From contig OY969099.1 of assembly GCA_963697875.1 (NCBI GenBank), positions 2,915,061 through 2,979,060 of the forward strand: a DNA stretch of 64,000 nt, given 5' to 3'. A program made the translations under genes and the position numbers. Shown here one piece after another: positions 38,634-49,121 of this stretch. Positions within the stretch are counted from its first letter, which is position 1. Each line of letters begins with the position of its first letter. The DNA is from an uncultured Actinomycetes bacterium. Lineage in GTDB: Bacteria > Actinomycetota > UBA4738 > HRBIN12. Below the pieces are notes generated by a model. That model was not told the DNA's origin. It searched no databases and saw nothing but the letters and a program-made list of their open reading frames with translations.

Positions 38634-39026
38634 TCAGTCCACGCAGTTGTCCGTCACCTGGCCGGCCCACGCCGCCTCGCGGCCGGTGTCGGCGACCTCG
38701 CCGCGTGCGGCGTCCTCGTCTGCATCCAAGATGCCCAGGACGTACGACGCCCCGTACCGCGAGGGAAGGCCCGTGAAGCACCCCCCCGGGGACACGACGA
38801 CGTGCGTGGCCGCGTCCTCGCCGAGTGCGTCGAGGACCGCTGCCCGATCGTCTTCGAGCGCGTTTGGATCGGCCGCCGAGGAGATCACCGCGAGGAACAC
38901 GGTCGACGGGGCGCTCGACGACACCTCGGCCGGCGAACGCACCCCGTCGGCGGACGAGCCGCACCCGACGAGCAGCACCGACAGCATCGCCCCCGGCAGG
39001 ATCTTCCAGGTCCACCCATGCTGCAT
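38634..39026 (-). CDS. lipoprotein of unknown function
   Basis: The lipobox is VLLVGCGSS, after the internal ATG 39026. Confidence 0.55.
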   Translation of the reverse strand: MQHGWTWKILPGAMLSVLLVGCGSSADGVRSPAEVSSSAPSTVFLAVISSAADPNALEDDRAAVLDALGEDAATHVVVSPGGCFTGLPSRYGASYVLGILDADEDAARGEVADTGREAAWAGQVTDNCVD

Positions 39027-39036
39027 GCTCGCCCCC

Positions 39037-40338
39037 TCAGACCGAGACCAGCCAGCTCCAGCCCGAGAACTCTGGCATCTCGGAGCGGAACCTCGCCAAC
39101 GCACCGATGCCGTCGGTCCCCGGGGGGAGCGGCATCAGCACCGCCCACACGCCGGGCCGCACGATGGCCGGCTCCTGCGACGCGTCGGTGACGGTCGCGA
39201 CCGACCCGAGCTCGGCCTGGACCCGTTCGGCGACGTCGCCGGCCTCCTCGGCAGAGGAGAAGTCGCCCACCAGGATGGCGTCGACGGCCGTCGCCTCTCC
39301 CGAGGCGGCGGGGTCGTCGCCGCTCGAGGCCGGGGACAGCGTCGCCAGCTTCGTGCCGGGCCGAGCGTCCGGATCGGGACGGTCGAGCGGATCGACCATC
39401 ACCGCGCCGCACCCCGCATCTTCGAGGGTGCCGTCGGCCCGCTCCCGCTCGATCCGCCACGTGCTGCTGTCGCCGTCGCGAAGGTTCCAGACTCGGGCCG
39501 CGCCGTCCGATCCGGCCAGGTACATCTCTTCCGGCAGCGTCCGGAGGCGGCGCGCCGAGCCGCGACGAAGCTCCCAGAGCTCGAAGACCAGCGTCTGGTC
39601 CTGCGACGCACGCCCGTGGACGCGCACGAACTCGATGGACCCATCCTGCATGACGACCGGCGTTCGAACGATCGTCCACGCGTCCGAGCCGGCGTGGAAG
39701 TGGGTGAGCTTCGTCCACGCACGGGCCCCGGGCTCGTAGCGCCACAGGTCGCTCAGGTACTCGTCCTCGGGGACCATGGCGCTCGGCGCGGCGGCGACGC
39801 CCACGACGATCGATCCGCCCGGCGTGAAGACGGGCGAGAAGGCCAGGCCACGAGCGACCGGGCCCCGGATCGTGGCGGCGAAGCTCGCGTTCGGGCGGAC
39901 GATCCGCAGGTTCGCGCCCTCTGCCCAGACCAGGTCGCCCGACGCCGACCACGAGGGATGCAGCGCTTCGTGCTCCGTCGGGAACCGTCTCAGGCCGTGG
40001 CCGGTCACGGCCACCACCACGTCGCCGCCCGCGCGGTCGCGCACGTACGCGGTTCCCACACCCGGTCTCGTCGCGATGTGACGGACCTCTCCCCGGGAAC
40101 GATCTGGCGCGGCGACGTGCTCGGCGACCGATCCCACGACCACGGCGATCGTCCCATGGTCGGCGCCCGCGATCGCCGTCCCCCGGGAGAGGGCGGCGGT
40201 GTCGGCGACGGCGGCGGGCCGCGCGCCGTGGCAGGACCTCGTGGCACGAGGCGGCGGCGCGCCGTGCGCCGGCCAGAGCGGAGCCGTTAACGAGCCGACG
40301 GCTACCGCCGCCACGCCCATCCAGATCAGCCTCTTCAT
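39037..40338 (-). CDS. secreted protein with a TolB-like beta-propeller region and a SPOR-like C-terminal segment
   Basis: The signal peptide is MKRLIWMGVAAVAVGSL. The middle part has repeated beta-blade-like stretches. The C-terminus AILVGDFSSAEEAGDVAERVQAELG...GVWAVLMPL resembles a SPOR repeat. The domain assignments are tentative. Confidence 0.5.
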   Translation of the reverse strand: MKRLIWMGVAAVAVGSLTAPLWPAHGAPPPRATRSCHGARPAAVADTAALSRGTAIAGADHGTIAVVVGSVAEHVAAPDRSRGEVRHIATRPGVGTAYVRDRAGGDVVVAVTGHGLRRFPTEHEALHPSWSASGDLVWAEGANLRIVRPNASFAATIRGPVARGLAFSPVFTPGGSIVVGVAAAPSAMVPEDEYLSDLWRYEPGARAWTKLTHFHAGSDAWTIVRTPVVMQDGSIEFVRVHGRASQDQTLVFELWELRRGSARRLRTLPEEMYLAGSDGAARVWNLRDGDSSTWRIERERADGTLEDAGCGAVMVDPLDRPDPDARPGTKLATLSPASSGDDPAASGEATAVDAILVGDFSSAEEAGDVAERVQAELGSVATVTDASQEPAIVRPGVWAVLMPLPPGTDGIGALARFRSEMPEFSGWSWLVSV

Positions 40339-40347
40339 GAGCCCCCC

Positions 40348-40950
40348 TCAGTAGTTGGTGACGTACTGGAAATGCATGGGATCGGGGCGCGAGTCCCAGT
40401 TGAGGCCCCAGAAGAACCCGTGGCCCGGATAGGCACCCCGCCAGATGTTGGGCAGATACTTCGCGTAGCGCTCCCCGTCGGCGCCGATGCCCACCCAGTG
40501 GTCCTGTCCGAGTGGGTTGCGCGCGGAGTTCGTGTCGATCGCCGCGCCGAAGGCGTGCGTCGACCACGACGTGGACCCGCGGATCGTGCGGCAGTTGTAG
40601 CCGCCGACCAGGTAATCGACGGCGCCGTCGCGATGATCGTGGGCGACGTGGTTGCGGATGTTGTAGCCCACATCGCGCCCGATGTAGGGGTGGTAGTAGA
40701 CGTAGCCCGAGACGTTGCGTGCCGACTGCGACGGCCAATAGGAGCGCGAGTCGTTCGCGTGATCGTTGCACGGCTGGCCGAACTTCTTGACCAGGCCCGC
40801 GTATCCCGACGGCCGTGGCGGCACGCCCGCCGAGCTGTGGTCGTGCGTCCACCCATCGATCACGACCGCCCGCGCGGCCGACGGTGCCGCGGCGACCACG
40901 GCGAGCACGATCGCGCACGCGAGCCGGCGCGCGAAGGTCGAAGCCGCCAA
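40348..40950 (-). CDS. secreted M15-family peptidoglycan metallopeptidase
   Basis: It has a signal peptide ending AARA. Motifs are STHAFGAAID and DPMHFQY. The TTG 40950 start lies 9 nt after GAGGAGG. Confidence 0.75.
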   Translation of the reverse strand: MAASTFARRLACAIVLAVVAAAPSAARAVVIDGWTHDHSSAGVPPRPSGYAGLVKKFGQPCNDHANDSRSYWPSQSARNVSGYVYYHPYIGRDVGYNIRNHVAHDHRDGAVDYLVGGYNCRTIRGSTSWSTHAFGAAIDTNSARNPLGQDHWVGIGADGERYAKYLPNIWRGAYPGHGFFWGLNWDSRPDPMHFQYVTNY

Positions 40951-41052
40951 GGAGCATCACCTCCTCGGGGGAGGGTTCCTGCCTTCGGGAGGATCGACGA
41001 CGCTACGCGACAGGCGCTTCGGCGACCGTGACCGCCGTCACGCGCGCGCGGC

Positions 41053-43756
41053 TTACTTCGACGCCGACTCGGCCGAGCCGACAGCCGCCTGCGCAGCAGC
41101 AAGCCGGGCCGTCTCGACGCGGAACGGCGAGCAGCTCACGTAGTCCAGCCCGATCTCGTGGCAGAACACGACGCTCGCGGGGTCGCCGCCGTGCTCGCCG
41201 CAGATGCCGAGGTGCATCGATTGGTTCGCCGCACGCCCCTCGTCAGAGGCGATCTCCATCAGCCGGCCGACGCCGGGGCGGTCGATCGTCACGAACGGGT
41301 TCGCGGGCACGAGCCGCCTCTCTTCGTAGAGCCCGACGAACTTGCCGATGTCGTCGCGGCTGAACCCGAACGCCGTTTGCGTCAGGTCGTTCGTGCCGAA
41401 CGAGAAGAAGTCCGCGACCTCGGCGATCTCCCCGGCGGTGACCGCGGCACGCGGCAGCTCGATCATCGTTCCCCATTCCAGGTGCCCGAGCTCGACGCTC
41501 TCCCGCGCGAGTATCTCGTTGGCCACCGGCTCCAGCTCCTCGCGCATCTGCCGCAGCTCGGCCGCCGTCGCGACCAGCGGGATCATGATCTCGACCCTCG
41601 GGTCGCCGCCGCCCTTCTTCACCTCGCAGGCGGCCTCGACGATCGCGCGCACCTGCATCGCGTACAGGCCCGGCTTGAGGATGCCCAGCCGCACCCCCCG
41701 CAGCCCGAGCATCGGGTTGGTCTCGTGCAGCTGCCGCACCTTGGCCAGCTCGCGCTCCTTCTGCGAGACGTCCTCACCGCGCTCCTTCCCGAGCGCCACC
41801 TCGACCGACAGCGACGTCAGGTCGGGCAGGAACTCGTGCAATGGCGGGTCGAGCAGCCGCACCGTCACCGGCAGGCCGTCCATCGCCTCGAAGATGCCGA
41901 CGAAGTCGCCCTTCTGCAGCGGCAGGAGCCGCTGGTAGGCAGCCTCCTCCTCGGCGTCGGTCTCGGCGAAGATCATCTGGCGCACGGCGTCGACGCGCTC
42001 CTCGCCGAGGAACATGTGCTCGGTACGGCACAGGCCGATGCCCTCGGCGCCCCGCGCACGGGCGTTCGCCGACTGGTCGGGCGTGTCGGCGTTGGCGCGC
42101 ACACGCAGGCGGCGGCGGTCGTCGGCTACCGTCATCAGCCGCTCGAACGCCTTCCAGATCTTCTCCTCGCGGGCGTGCGCGTCGCCCGCGCGCGCCTTCT
42201 CGAGCACCGACTCCTCGAGCGGCAGCTCGCCGACGAACACGTTGCCGGTGAAGCCGTCGATCGTGATCGTGTCGCCTTCCTTCACCGTGGTGCCGTTGGC
42301 GTTGAACGAGCGCGAGCTGAGATCGATCTTGATCTGGTCGGCTCCGCAGACGGCCGGGATGCCCTCGCCGCGCGCGACCACGGCCGCGTGCGAGTTGGTG
42401 CCTCCGGCGGACGTCAGGATGCCCTGCGACGCGATCATGCCGTGGTAGTCGTCGGGCGTGGTCTCGCGCCGCACGAGGATGACCTTGTCGCCGTTCTCCT
42501 TCGCGCGGGCCTCCGCGTCGTCGGCGGAGAACACGACCGCGCCGATCGCTGCGCCGGGCGAGGCGTTGAGGCCCCGCGCGATCCGATCGACTTTCTCGGC
42601 AGCATCCGGGGCGACCCGGCGCTTGAACAGCTCCTCCAGGCGGTTCGCGTCGACCCGCTGCAGGGCGGTGTCCTCGTCGATCAGCTTCTCGTCGAGCATG
42701 TCGTAGGCCATCACCCACTCGGCGAAGGCGGTGCGCTTGCCGATCCGGGTCTGGAGGATCCAGAGGTTCCCCTTCTCGATCGTGAACTCGATGTCGCACA
42801 TGTCCTTGTAGTGGCCCTCGAGCGTGTCCATCACCTGGAGCAGACGCCCGTACGACGTCGGATCGAGCGTCTCGAGCTCCTGGAGCTTCAGGGTGTTGCG
42901 GATACCGGCCACGACGTCCTCGCCCTGGGCGTTCGGCAGGTAGTCGCCGTAGGGGACCTTCTCGCCGGTGGACGGGTCGCGCGTGAACGCCACGCCGGTC
43001 CCCGAGTCGTCGCCGCGGTTGCCGAACACCATGGCCACGATGTTCACCGCGGTTCCGAGGTCGTCGGAGATCTTGTTCTGCCGGCGATAGTCGCGGGCGC
43101 GCTTGCCGTTCCAGCTCCTGAACACGGCGTCGATCGCGAGCCGGAGCTGCTCCTTGGGGTCCTGAGGGAACTCCTCGTTCGTGTGCTCGTGATAGGTCTG
43201 CTTGAACCGCTCGATCAACGCGGCCAGGTCGTCGGCGTCCAGGTCGGTGTCCTGCGCGTCGGGGCGCCTTCGCCTCCTTCGCCTCGTCGAGGGCCTCCTC
43301 GAAGGCCTCGCCCGGCACGTCCATCACGATCTTGCCGAACATCTGGATGAACCGGCGGTAGGCGTCGAGGGCGAACCGCATGTCGTCGCCGGTCTGCGCG
43401 GCGAGGCCCTTCACCGACTCGTCGGTGAGCCCCAGGTTGAGGACCGTGTCCATCATGCCGGGCATCGAGAACTTGGCACCGGACCGGACGCTCACGAGCA
43501 GCGGATCCTCGGTGTCGCCGAGCGTCTTGCCCATCGTCTCCTGCAGCCGCACCAGGTGCTCGCCCGCTTCCTCGAGCATCTCCGGGGGCGGCCCGCCCTG
43601 GCGCAGGAACGTCAAGCAGGCCTCGGTGGTGATCGTGAACCCGGGCGGGACGGGAAGACCCATGTTCGACATCTCGGCGAGGTTGGCACCCTTCCCCCCG
43701 AGCAGATCCTTCATGTCCTTGTTGCCTTCGGAGAAGTCGTACACGTACTTGGTCAC
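41053..43756 (-). CDS. ppdK: pyruvate, phosphate dikinase, with one apparent extra base
   Basis: The N-terminus VTKYVYDFSEGNKDMKDLLGGKGANLAEM, starting at GTG 43756 after GGAGG, is in one frame. From ...DAQDTDLDADDLAALIERFKQTYHEH onward the protein is in the +1 frame, and this part contains GGTNSHAAVVARG and GICGEHGGDP. The junction is a GGGG run at 43261-43264. The span is 3n+1. Confidence 0.9.
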
Positions 43757-43824
43757 GGCAAGCCTCCGGCGCAGCGGTCCGATCGGAAAGGCCAGTCTAC
43801 GGCGGCCGTCTGCCGGCCGGGGCG

Positions 43825-44607
43825 TCAGGAACGCACGCGCAGGCGGGCGGCGAAGATCCCCGGGATCTCCTGGAACAGGGCGTCCATCGAGCCCTCCCGG
43901 ACCACGCCCGGCGGCATGACCGCCTCCTCGATGCCGTCGACGGCCAGCCCGGCGCGGAAGAACGGCTCGAGCAGCAACGAGATCGGCCGGTCGAAGTACC
44001 ACTGCGGCTCGGGCTGTCCCTCGATCGCGATGCCGCGGCCGGCGTAGGGCGTGATGTACCGCGAGACCTTCACCGACAGGCGGCGCTCGACGTGATCCTC
44101 GTGCTCCACCTGCTCCAGCATCCGGACCGACCCGCCTCCGCAGAAGGCGGGATGGATCACCGAGAACACGAACCGCCCGGCCGGGGCGAGAAGCCCCGGC
44201 AGCGCCTCGGCCAGCGGGTCGAGCGTCTGCATGTCCATCATCGCCATGTTGCAGACCACGGCGTCGAACGGACCGGCGTCGGCGATCCCGGCGAACGAGG
44301 CGGGATCGGTCGCGTCGAGGTGCCGGTACTCGACGTCTCCCCCGCGGGCCCGTGCCCGCTCGAGCATGCCCTCGCTGAAGTCGGTGGCCACGACGTGGAT
44401 ACCGAGCTCCGCCATCCGCCGCGCGTACTCGCCGTTCCCGCACGCGATCTCGAGCACGCGCTCCCCGGGCTCGAGGTCCAGGAGGCTCCCGACCGCCGGC
44501 GCAACGAGCGTCCGCTGCCAGGTCCGGCCGGCCTCCACCTCGTCGTCCCAGAAGGCCGCGTTCGCGTCCCACCGCGACCGGACGTCCTCGTTGGTCGGCT
44601 CGTCCAC
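43825..44607 (-). CDS. class I SAM-dependent methyltransferase
   Basis: Motif I is VLEIACGNGEY. Other motifs are ATDFSEGML and FDAVVCNMAMM. The start is GTG 44607. Confidence 0.8.
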   Translation of the reverse strand: MDEPTNEDVRSRWDANAAFWDDEVEAGRTWQRTLVAPAVGSLLDLEPGERVLEIACGNGEYARRMAELGIHVVATDFSEGMLERARARGGDVEYRHLDATDPASFAGIADAGPFDAVVCNMAMMDMQTLDPLAEALPGLLAPAGRFVFSVIHPAFCGGGSVRMLEQVEHEDHVERRLSVKVSRYITPYAGRGIAIEGQPEPQWYFDRPISLLLEPFFRAGLAVDGIEEAVMPPGVVREGSMDALFQEIPGIFAARLRVRS

Positions 44608-44653
44608 GCGCCAACAGTAGCCGAGCCGAAGACCCCGGTCGTGGCTACACCTT

Positions 44654-44673
44654 GATACACCTATCGGTGTATC
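44654..44673 (+). promoter_or_regulatory. palindrome GATACACC-TATC-GGTGTATC, 18 nt upstream of vapB; candidate VapB operator
   Basis: It is a perfect 8-bp inverted repeat with a 4-bp spacer, embedded in TTGATA...TATCCT promoter-like sequence. Confidence 0.45.
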
Positions 44674-44690
44674 CTGGCATCGTGCCACGC

Positions 44691-44897
44691 ATGGTCCGGA
44701 CGAACATCGTGCTCGACGAGGCCCTGGTCGAGAAGGTGATGCGCCTGTACCGGCTGCGGTCGAAGCGGGAGGCCGTCGACTTCGCGCTCCGGCAGGTCGC
44801 CGGGGACCGCGAGCAGGCCCGGATCCTCGAGCTGGAGGGCATCGGGTGGCAGGGAGATCTGACGGCGATGCGGGAGGACCACCGGGTCCGCCCGTGA
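44691..44897 (+). CDS. vapB: type II antitoxin VapB (ribbon-helix-helix type)
   Basis: The N-terminus is MVRTNIVLDEALVEKVMRLYRLRSKREAVDFALR. The stop overlaps the vapC GTG (GTGA). Confidence 0.8.
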   Translation: MVRTNIVLDEALVEKVMRLYRLRSKREAVDFALRQVAGDREQARILELEGIGWQGDLTAMREDHRVRP

Positions 44898-45289
44898 TCG
44901 TTCCGGACACCTCGATCTGGATCGAGCTGCTTCGCGGCACCGGCAGCCGCGAGCATCGGGTGCTCCAGCGGCTGATCGCGTCCGGTCAGGCCTTGGCCAT
45001 CACCGAGACCATCCTGATGGAGGTCCTCGCGGGGGTCGTGACCAGACGCGACGAGATCGCCGTTCGCGCACGCCTGCTCGCACTCCCGCTGCTGACCCTG
45101 GAAGGCCTCGCCGACTTCGAAGAGGCGGCCGCGATCTTTCGGACCTGCCGCGACGCGGGCGAGTCTCTGCGCGGCACGATCGACTGCCTCATCGCCGTAC
45201 CCGTGATCAGGGCAGACGCCTCGATCTTCCATCGCGACCGGGACTTCGACACGATCGCCAGACACACGGGCCTCCGGATCCATCGGTAG
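44894..45289 (+). CDS. vapC: PIN-domain ribonuclease toxin VapC
   Basis: Motifs are VPDTSIWIELLRG (the first acidic residue), ILMEVL, and DCLIAVPVIRADASIFHRDRDF. Confidence 0.85.
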   Translation: MIVPDTSIWIELLRGTGSREHRVLQRLIASGQALAITETILMEVLAGVVTRRDEIAVRARLLALPLLTLEGLADFEEAAAIFRTCRDAGESLRGTIDCLIAVPVIRADASIFHRDRDFDTIARHTGLRIHR

Positions 45290-45292
45290 CGA

Positions 45293-46150
45293 TCAGGAGG
45301 CGCGATCGACGACCATCGCGAGGAACTCGGTGGCGACGTCGGGGCGGACCCGATCCGGCATGGCGAAGTAGTGCCCGTCGACGACGCCGCGGACCGCGTC
45401 CCAGGCCCGGAACAACACGCCGGCGTCGGGTGCGTACCGGGTGGAGAGGCCGGCGAGGACCACCACGTTCGGGTTCGCCGCGCGCGCCTGAGCCGCGGCC
45501 TCGGTCACCACGCGAAGGTAGAGCGCGGGATCCCACTGCAGGAACTGCGCCTGGATCTCGACGATGTCGGCGTAGCGGGCGGCACGCCCCTCGAGCCCGC
45601 ATCGGAGGAACGCGTCCTCGACCGTCTCGGTCTGCTTGCCGGTGCAGGGAGCTCCGTCGACCTCGGCCAGGCTCGGATGCGGCGTGATCACCACCGTATA
45701 GCCCGCTGCGTGCGCGGCGGCCGCGAAGTCGTGCATCGCGTGCACGGGCCGCCGCTGCTCGTCGAGCGGCGTGGCCGGCCAGAACTCCGGGTCGTACATC
45801 ACCGTGCGCACCTCGGGGGGGATCGAGCCGTCGGCCAGGGCGCGCTCGAAGTCGGCGTCGCTGGCCCACGCCATCGCCGGGGTCGTCCCGCCCCATCCCC
45901 CGTTCAGCCCGAACGACGTCGTGGCGTCGAAGAAGCGCGATGCGAGGGACGGTTCGATGGCCTCGATCGCCCTGATCGTTCCCGGGGTCGCCATCCACAC
46001 CTGCCCGAACGGCACCGTGCCGGCGGCGATCGATCCCGCGCGCTGCGCCGCCGGGAGCGTGGCGGCGACCAGCAGGCCGAGCAGCAGCGCGGGCGCGACC
46101 CAGCGCCCCAGGACGGGCGGTCGAGCGACGGGCACGGGAGAGACGTTCAT
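45293..46150 (-). CDS. secreted protein of unknown function
   Basis: It has an N-terminal signal/transmembrane segment GRWVAPALLLGLLVAATLPAAQ. I recognised no family with confidence. Confidence 0.55.
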   Translation of the reverse strand: MNVSPVPVARPPVLGRWVAPALLLGLLVAATLPAAQRAGSIAAGTVPFGQVWMATPGTIRAIEAIEPSLASRFFDATTSFGLNGGWGGTTPAMAWASDADFERALADGSIPPEVRTVMYDPEFWPATPLDEQRRPVHAMHDFAAAAHAAGYTVVITPHPSLAEVDGAPCTGKQTETVEDAFLRCGLEGRAARYADIVEIQAQFLQWDPALYLRVVTEAAAQARAANPNVVVLAGLSTRYAPDAGVLFRAWDAVRGVVDGHYFAMPDRVRPDVATEFLAMVVDRAS

Positions 46151-46196
46151 CTGGGGCGCAACCGTACCCTGGGTTTCGGAAGATGGAAACCCAACC

Positions 46197-47535
46197 TTAA
46201 GGGGCCGGGAGCGCCCTCGTGGCCGCCGCGACGAGGGACGCGCTGGTGGCGAACACCACGTCGACCGTGGGCCCGACCGGGTCGCCCACGTGGACGTCGC
46301 CGGCGCCGCCGGCCCAGCTCCGGGTGGCCTCCGCGAAGGCCGAGGCGTCCTGTCGCGTGTCCCAGGACGTACGCAGCACCACCACCGTGTCGTGACCGTC
46401 GGACCACGCCCGGTACAGGCCTCCGCCCCATCCGGCCGCCGCGTCGTCGGCCTGTGCGGTGTCCAGACGGAGCCCCAGCATCGCCCGCAGCCACTCCTCC
46501 CCCACCTGCATCACGTCGAGGTCGCCCCAGCCGGCCCCGAGCGTTCCCGACATGTCGGGGACGTCGACCGGCACGGGCCGGTCGTTCGGGTACGCGTCGG
46601 GATGGATCACCTGCTCTGTGCTCACGGGCAGGTCCTCGAGCGCAGCGTCGATCGCCTGGAGCCCGCCCCTGGCGTCGAGCGCCGTCATGAACGCGAGCCC
46701 CGCCGTGTACGGCCAGACCTCGAGCTCCTGGACGAACGGCGGCACCCCGGGCACCGATCCGCCCGTGGTGCCCAACTGTTCGAGCAGCGCTCCCAGGTCT
46801 CCGAGGTCGAGCGTGGGGAACCGGACGAGGACCTGCGCGGCGAAGTACTGCGCGCTCCCCTCCACGGCTCCCAACGCCGCCTCGCCCTGCTCGTCGCGGC
46901 ACGCCTTCGCGATCGCGTCGAGGCGTTTCAGGTGGAAGTGCTGGTCGTCGATCGCGTGGGTCAGCTCGTGCGCCAGCGTGAACCGCTCGGTCACGTCGAG
47001 GTCGCCCTGTCCGAGGTACACGAGCTCGCCGTTCTCGGGGTTGTAGAAGCCGACCACCTGGCCGGTCTGGAACCGCTCGAGCGCCTGCCGCAGGTCGCTC
47101 CCCGGGGGAAGGACGCCGATCGTCCGCCACGCCTCCGATCGCCGCGCGTAGAAGTCGGCCGGATAGGTGGCGTCGAACGACCGGGCGAGCTTGCGATCCA
47201 TCGTCGCGTCGTCGACCGCCTGGACCGGGACGCGGTGGAGCCAGTCCAGACCGCGCACCTGCTGCACCTGATCCTCGATGCTCGCGACCGCCGGCGGCGT
47301 CGGGCGCGCCGGTAGGAGCGGGCTCGTCGACCGGCGTCGGAGGGACGCACAGCGCTCGCATCGCGGCGGCGGCCGACGCCTTGCCGCCCGGCGTGACCGA
47401 TGGCGCGGTGATCGATGACGCCGCCGCACTCGATGTGGCCGGCGGACTGCCGGCCGTGGTCGTGGGCCGGCTCGGACACGCGGTCGCGACCAGCGCCAGC
47501 CCGGCCACAACGAGGAGGCGGGCGAGCCGACGCAT
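46197..47535 (-). CDS. HExxH zinc-metalloprotease-like lipoprotein, with an apparent +1 frame break after the signal peptide region
   Basis: The lipoprotein signal MRRLARLLVVAGLALVATAC starts at ATG 47535 in one frame. The body ...PTPPAVASIEDQVQQVRGLDW...FTLAHELTHAIDDQHF...GAVEGSAQYF is in the +1 frame. The span is 3n+1. Confidence 0.65.
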
Positions 47536-47541
47536 CGCCGT

Positions 47542-47751
47542 TCAGGATCTCCGCGCCAGCAGCACGCTCGCCGCCGCGCCGACGATCGCGAGCACCGAGA
47601 GCACCACCGACAGCCATAACAGCCGCGTCGACTCCAGGAACCCGCGAACGGACGCGAGCACTGCCACCAGCGACAGAAGCACAAGCACGAACGATGCAGC
47701 GAAGATGCCGAGCGAGATGGGGCCCACGCCGCGGCTGGTTCGCTCGCTCAC
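47542..47751 (-). CDS. small two-transmembrane-helix protein of unknown function
   Basis: The GTG start overlaps the glyQS stop (GTGA). It has two hydrophobic helices. Confidence 0.5.
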   Translation of the reverse strand: MSERTSRGVGPISLGIFAASFVLVLLSLVAVLASVRGFLESTRLLWLSVVLSVLAIVGAAASVLLARRS

Positions 47752-49121
47752 AGCCGCTCCCGCAAGTAGTCAACCAAATTGACCACCGGCAGGCGCTCCT
47801 GGGTCATCGAGTCGCGGTCGCGGACCGTCACCGCGCGATCCTCCAGCGTGTCGAAGTCCACCGTCACGCAGAACGGCGTCCCGACCTCGTCCTGCCGCCG
47901 GTAGCGACGCCCGATCGAGCCCGCGTCGTCGTAGTCGCACATCCAGTGCGGCTTGACCGCGTCGAAGACCTCGCGCGCCGTCGGCACGAGCTGCTCGTTC
48001 CTCGACAGCGGCAGCACGGCCACCTTGATCGGCGCGAGGTCCTTGTGCAGCGCCAGGAACGTGCGCTTCTCTGTGCTGCCCTTCGCGGTCGGCGCTTCCT
48101 CGGTGCGGTACGCGTCGATCAGGAAGGCGAGCACCGCGCGGTCGACGCCCGCGGCCGGCTCGATCACGTATGGGTGGTAGCGACGGTTCTGCTCCTGGTC
48201 GAAGTACGTGAGGTCGACGCCCGAGGCCTTCTCGTGGGCCTTGAGGTCGTAGTCGGTGCGGTTCGCGATCCCCTCGAGCTCTCCCCAATCGGTGAACGGG
48301 AAGCGGTACTCGATGTCAACCGTGCGCTTCGAGTAGTGCGACAGCTCGTCGGCGTCGTGCTCGCGCAGTCGGAGGTTGTCCTCGCGGAGCCCGAGGCCCG
48401 TCCACCACGCCATCCGTTCGCGGATCCAGGTGTCGTGCCACTCCTCGTCGGTGCCGGGCTCGACGAAGAACTCCATCTCCATCTGCTCGAACTCGCGCAG
48501 GCGATAGATGAAGTTCCCGGGCGTGATCTCGTTGCGGAAGGACTTGCCGATCTGGGCGATGCCGAACGGGACCTTCTTGCGGCTGGTCGCCTGGATCGTG
48601 GCGAAGTCGACGAACATGCCCTGCGCGGTCTCGGGACGGAGGTAGGCCACGCTCGAGCTGTCCTCCACCGGTCCCATGTGCGTCTTGAACATCAGGTTGA
48701 AGTTGCGCGGGTCCGTGAACCGGTCGTGCCCGCAGTTCGGGCACTTCGGGTGCTGCTCCATGTCGAGGGAGGTCTCGTCCTCCTCGTGCCCCGACTGCGG
48801 CGCGTGGATGCCCGGCAGGTGGTCGGCGCGGAACCGTTGGTGGCAGTTCATGCACTCGACCAGCGGATCGGTGAACACCTCGAGGTGCCCGCTGGCCTCC
48901 CAGACCTTCGGCGACATGATGATCGCGGCGTCGAGCCCGACGATGTCGGCGCGCAGCTGGACCATCGCGCGCCACCACGCGTTCTTGACGTTGCGCCTCA
49001 GCTCGACCCCGAGCGGCCCGAAGTCCCAGGACGAGCGGAGCCCGCCGTAGATCTCGGATGACTGGAAGGCGATCCCCCGCCGCTTGGCGAGGGACGTGAT
49101 CTCGTCCATCAGATCGGGCAT
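47748..49121 (-). CDS. glyQS: glycine--tRNA ligase (dimeric class II type)
   Basis: The protein reads [43 protein letters not shown] and contains [25 protein letters not shown]. Confidence 0.95.
   Translation of the reverse strand: MPDLMDEITSLAKRRGIAFQSSEIYGGLRSSWDFGPLGVELRRNVKNAWWRAMVQLRADIVGLDAAIIMSPKVWEASGHLEVFTDPLVECMNCHQRFRADHLPGIHAPQSGHEEDETSLDMEQHPKCPNCGHDRFTDPRNFNLMFKTHMGPVEDSSSVAYLRPETAQGMFVDFATIQATSRKKVPFGIAQIGKSFRNEITPGNFIYRLREFEQMEMEFFVEPGTDEEWHDTWIRERMAWWTGLGLREDNLRLREHDADELSHYSKRTVDIEYRFPFTDWGELEGIANRTDYDLKAHEKASGVDLTYFDQEQNRRYHPYVIEPAAGVDRAVLAFLIDAYRTEEAPTAKGSTEKRTFLALHKDLAPIKVAVLPLSRNEQLVPTAREVFDAVKPHWMCDYDDAGSIGRRYRRQDEVGTPFCVTVDFDTLEDRAVTVRDRDSMTQERLPVVNLVDYLRERL

Noticed and set aside
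41158-44614. Long ORFs 41158..43350 (+, 730 aa) and 41774..44614 (-, 946 aa) overlapping ppdK and the methyltransferase gene.
   Set aside because: These are antisense or out-of-frame shadows of ppdK. Only the short N-terminal ppdK segment of the 946-aa ORF is real.
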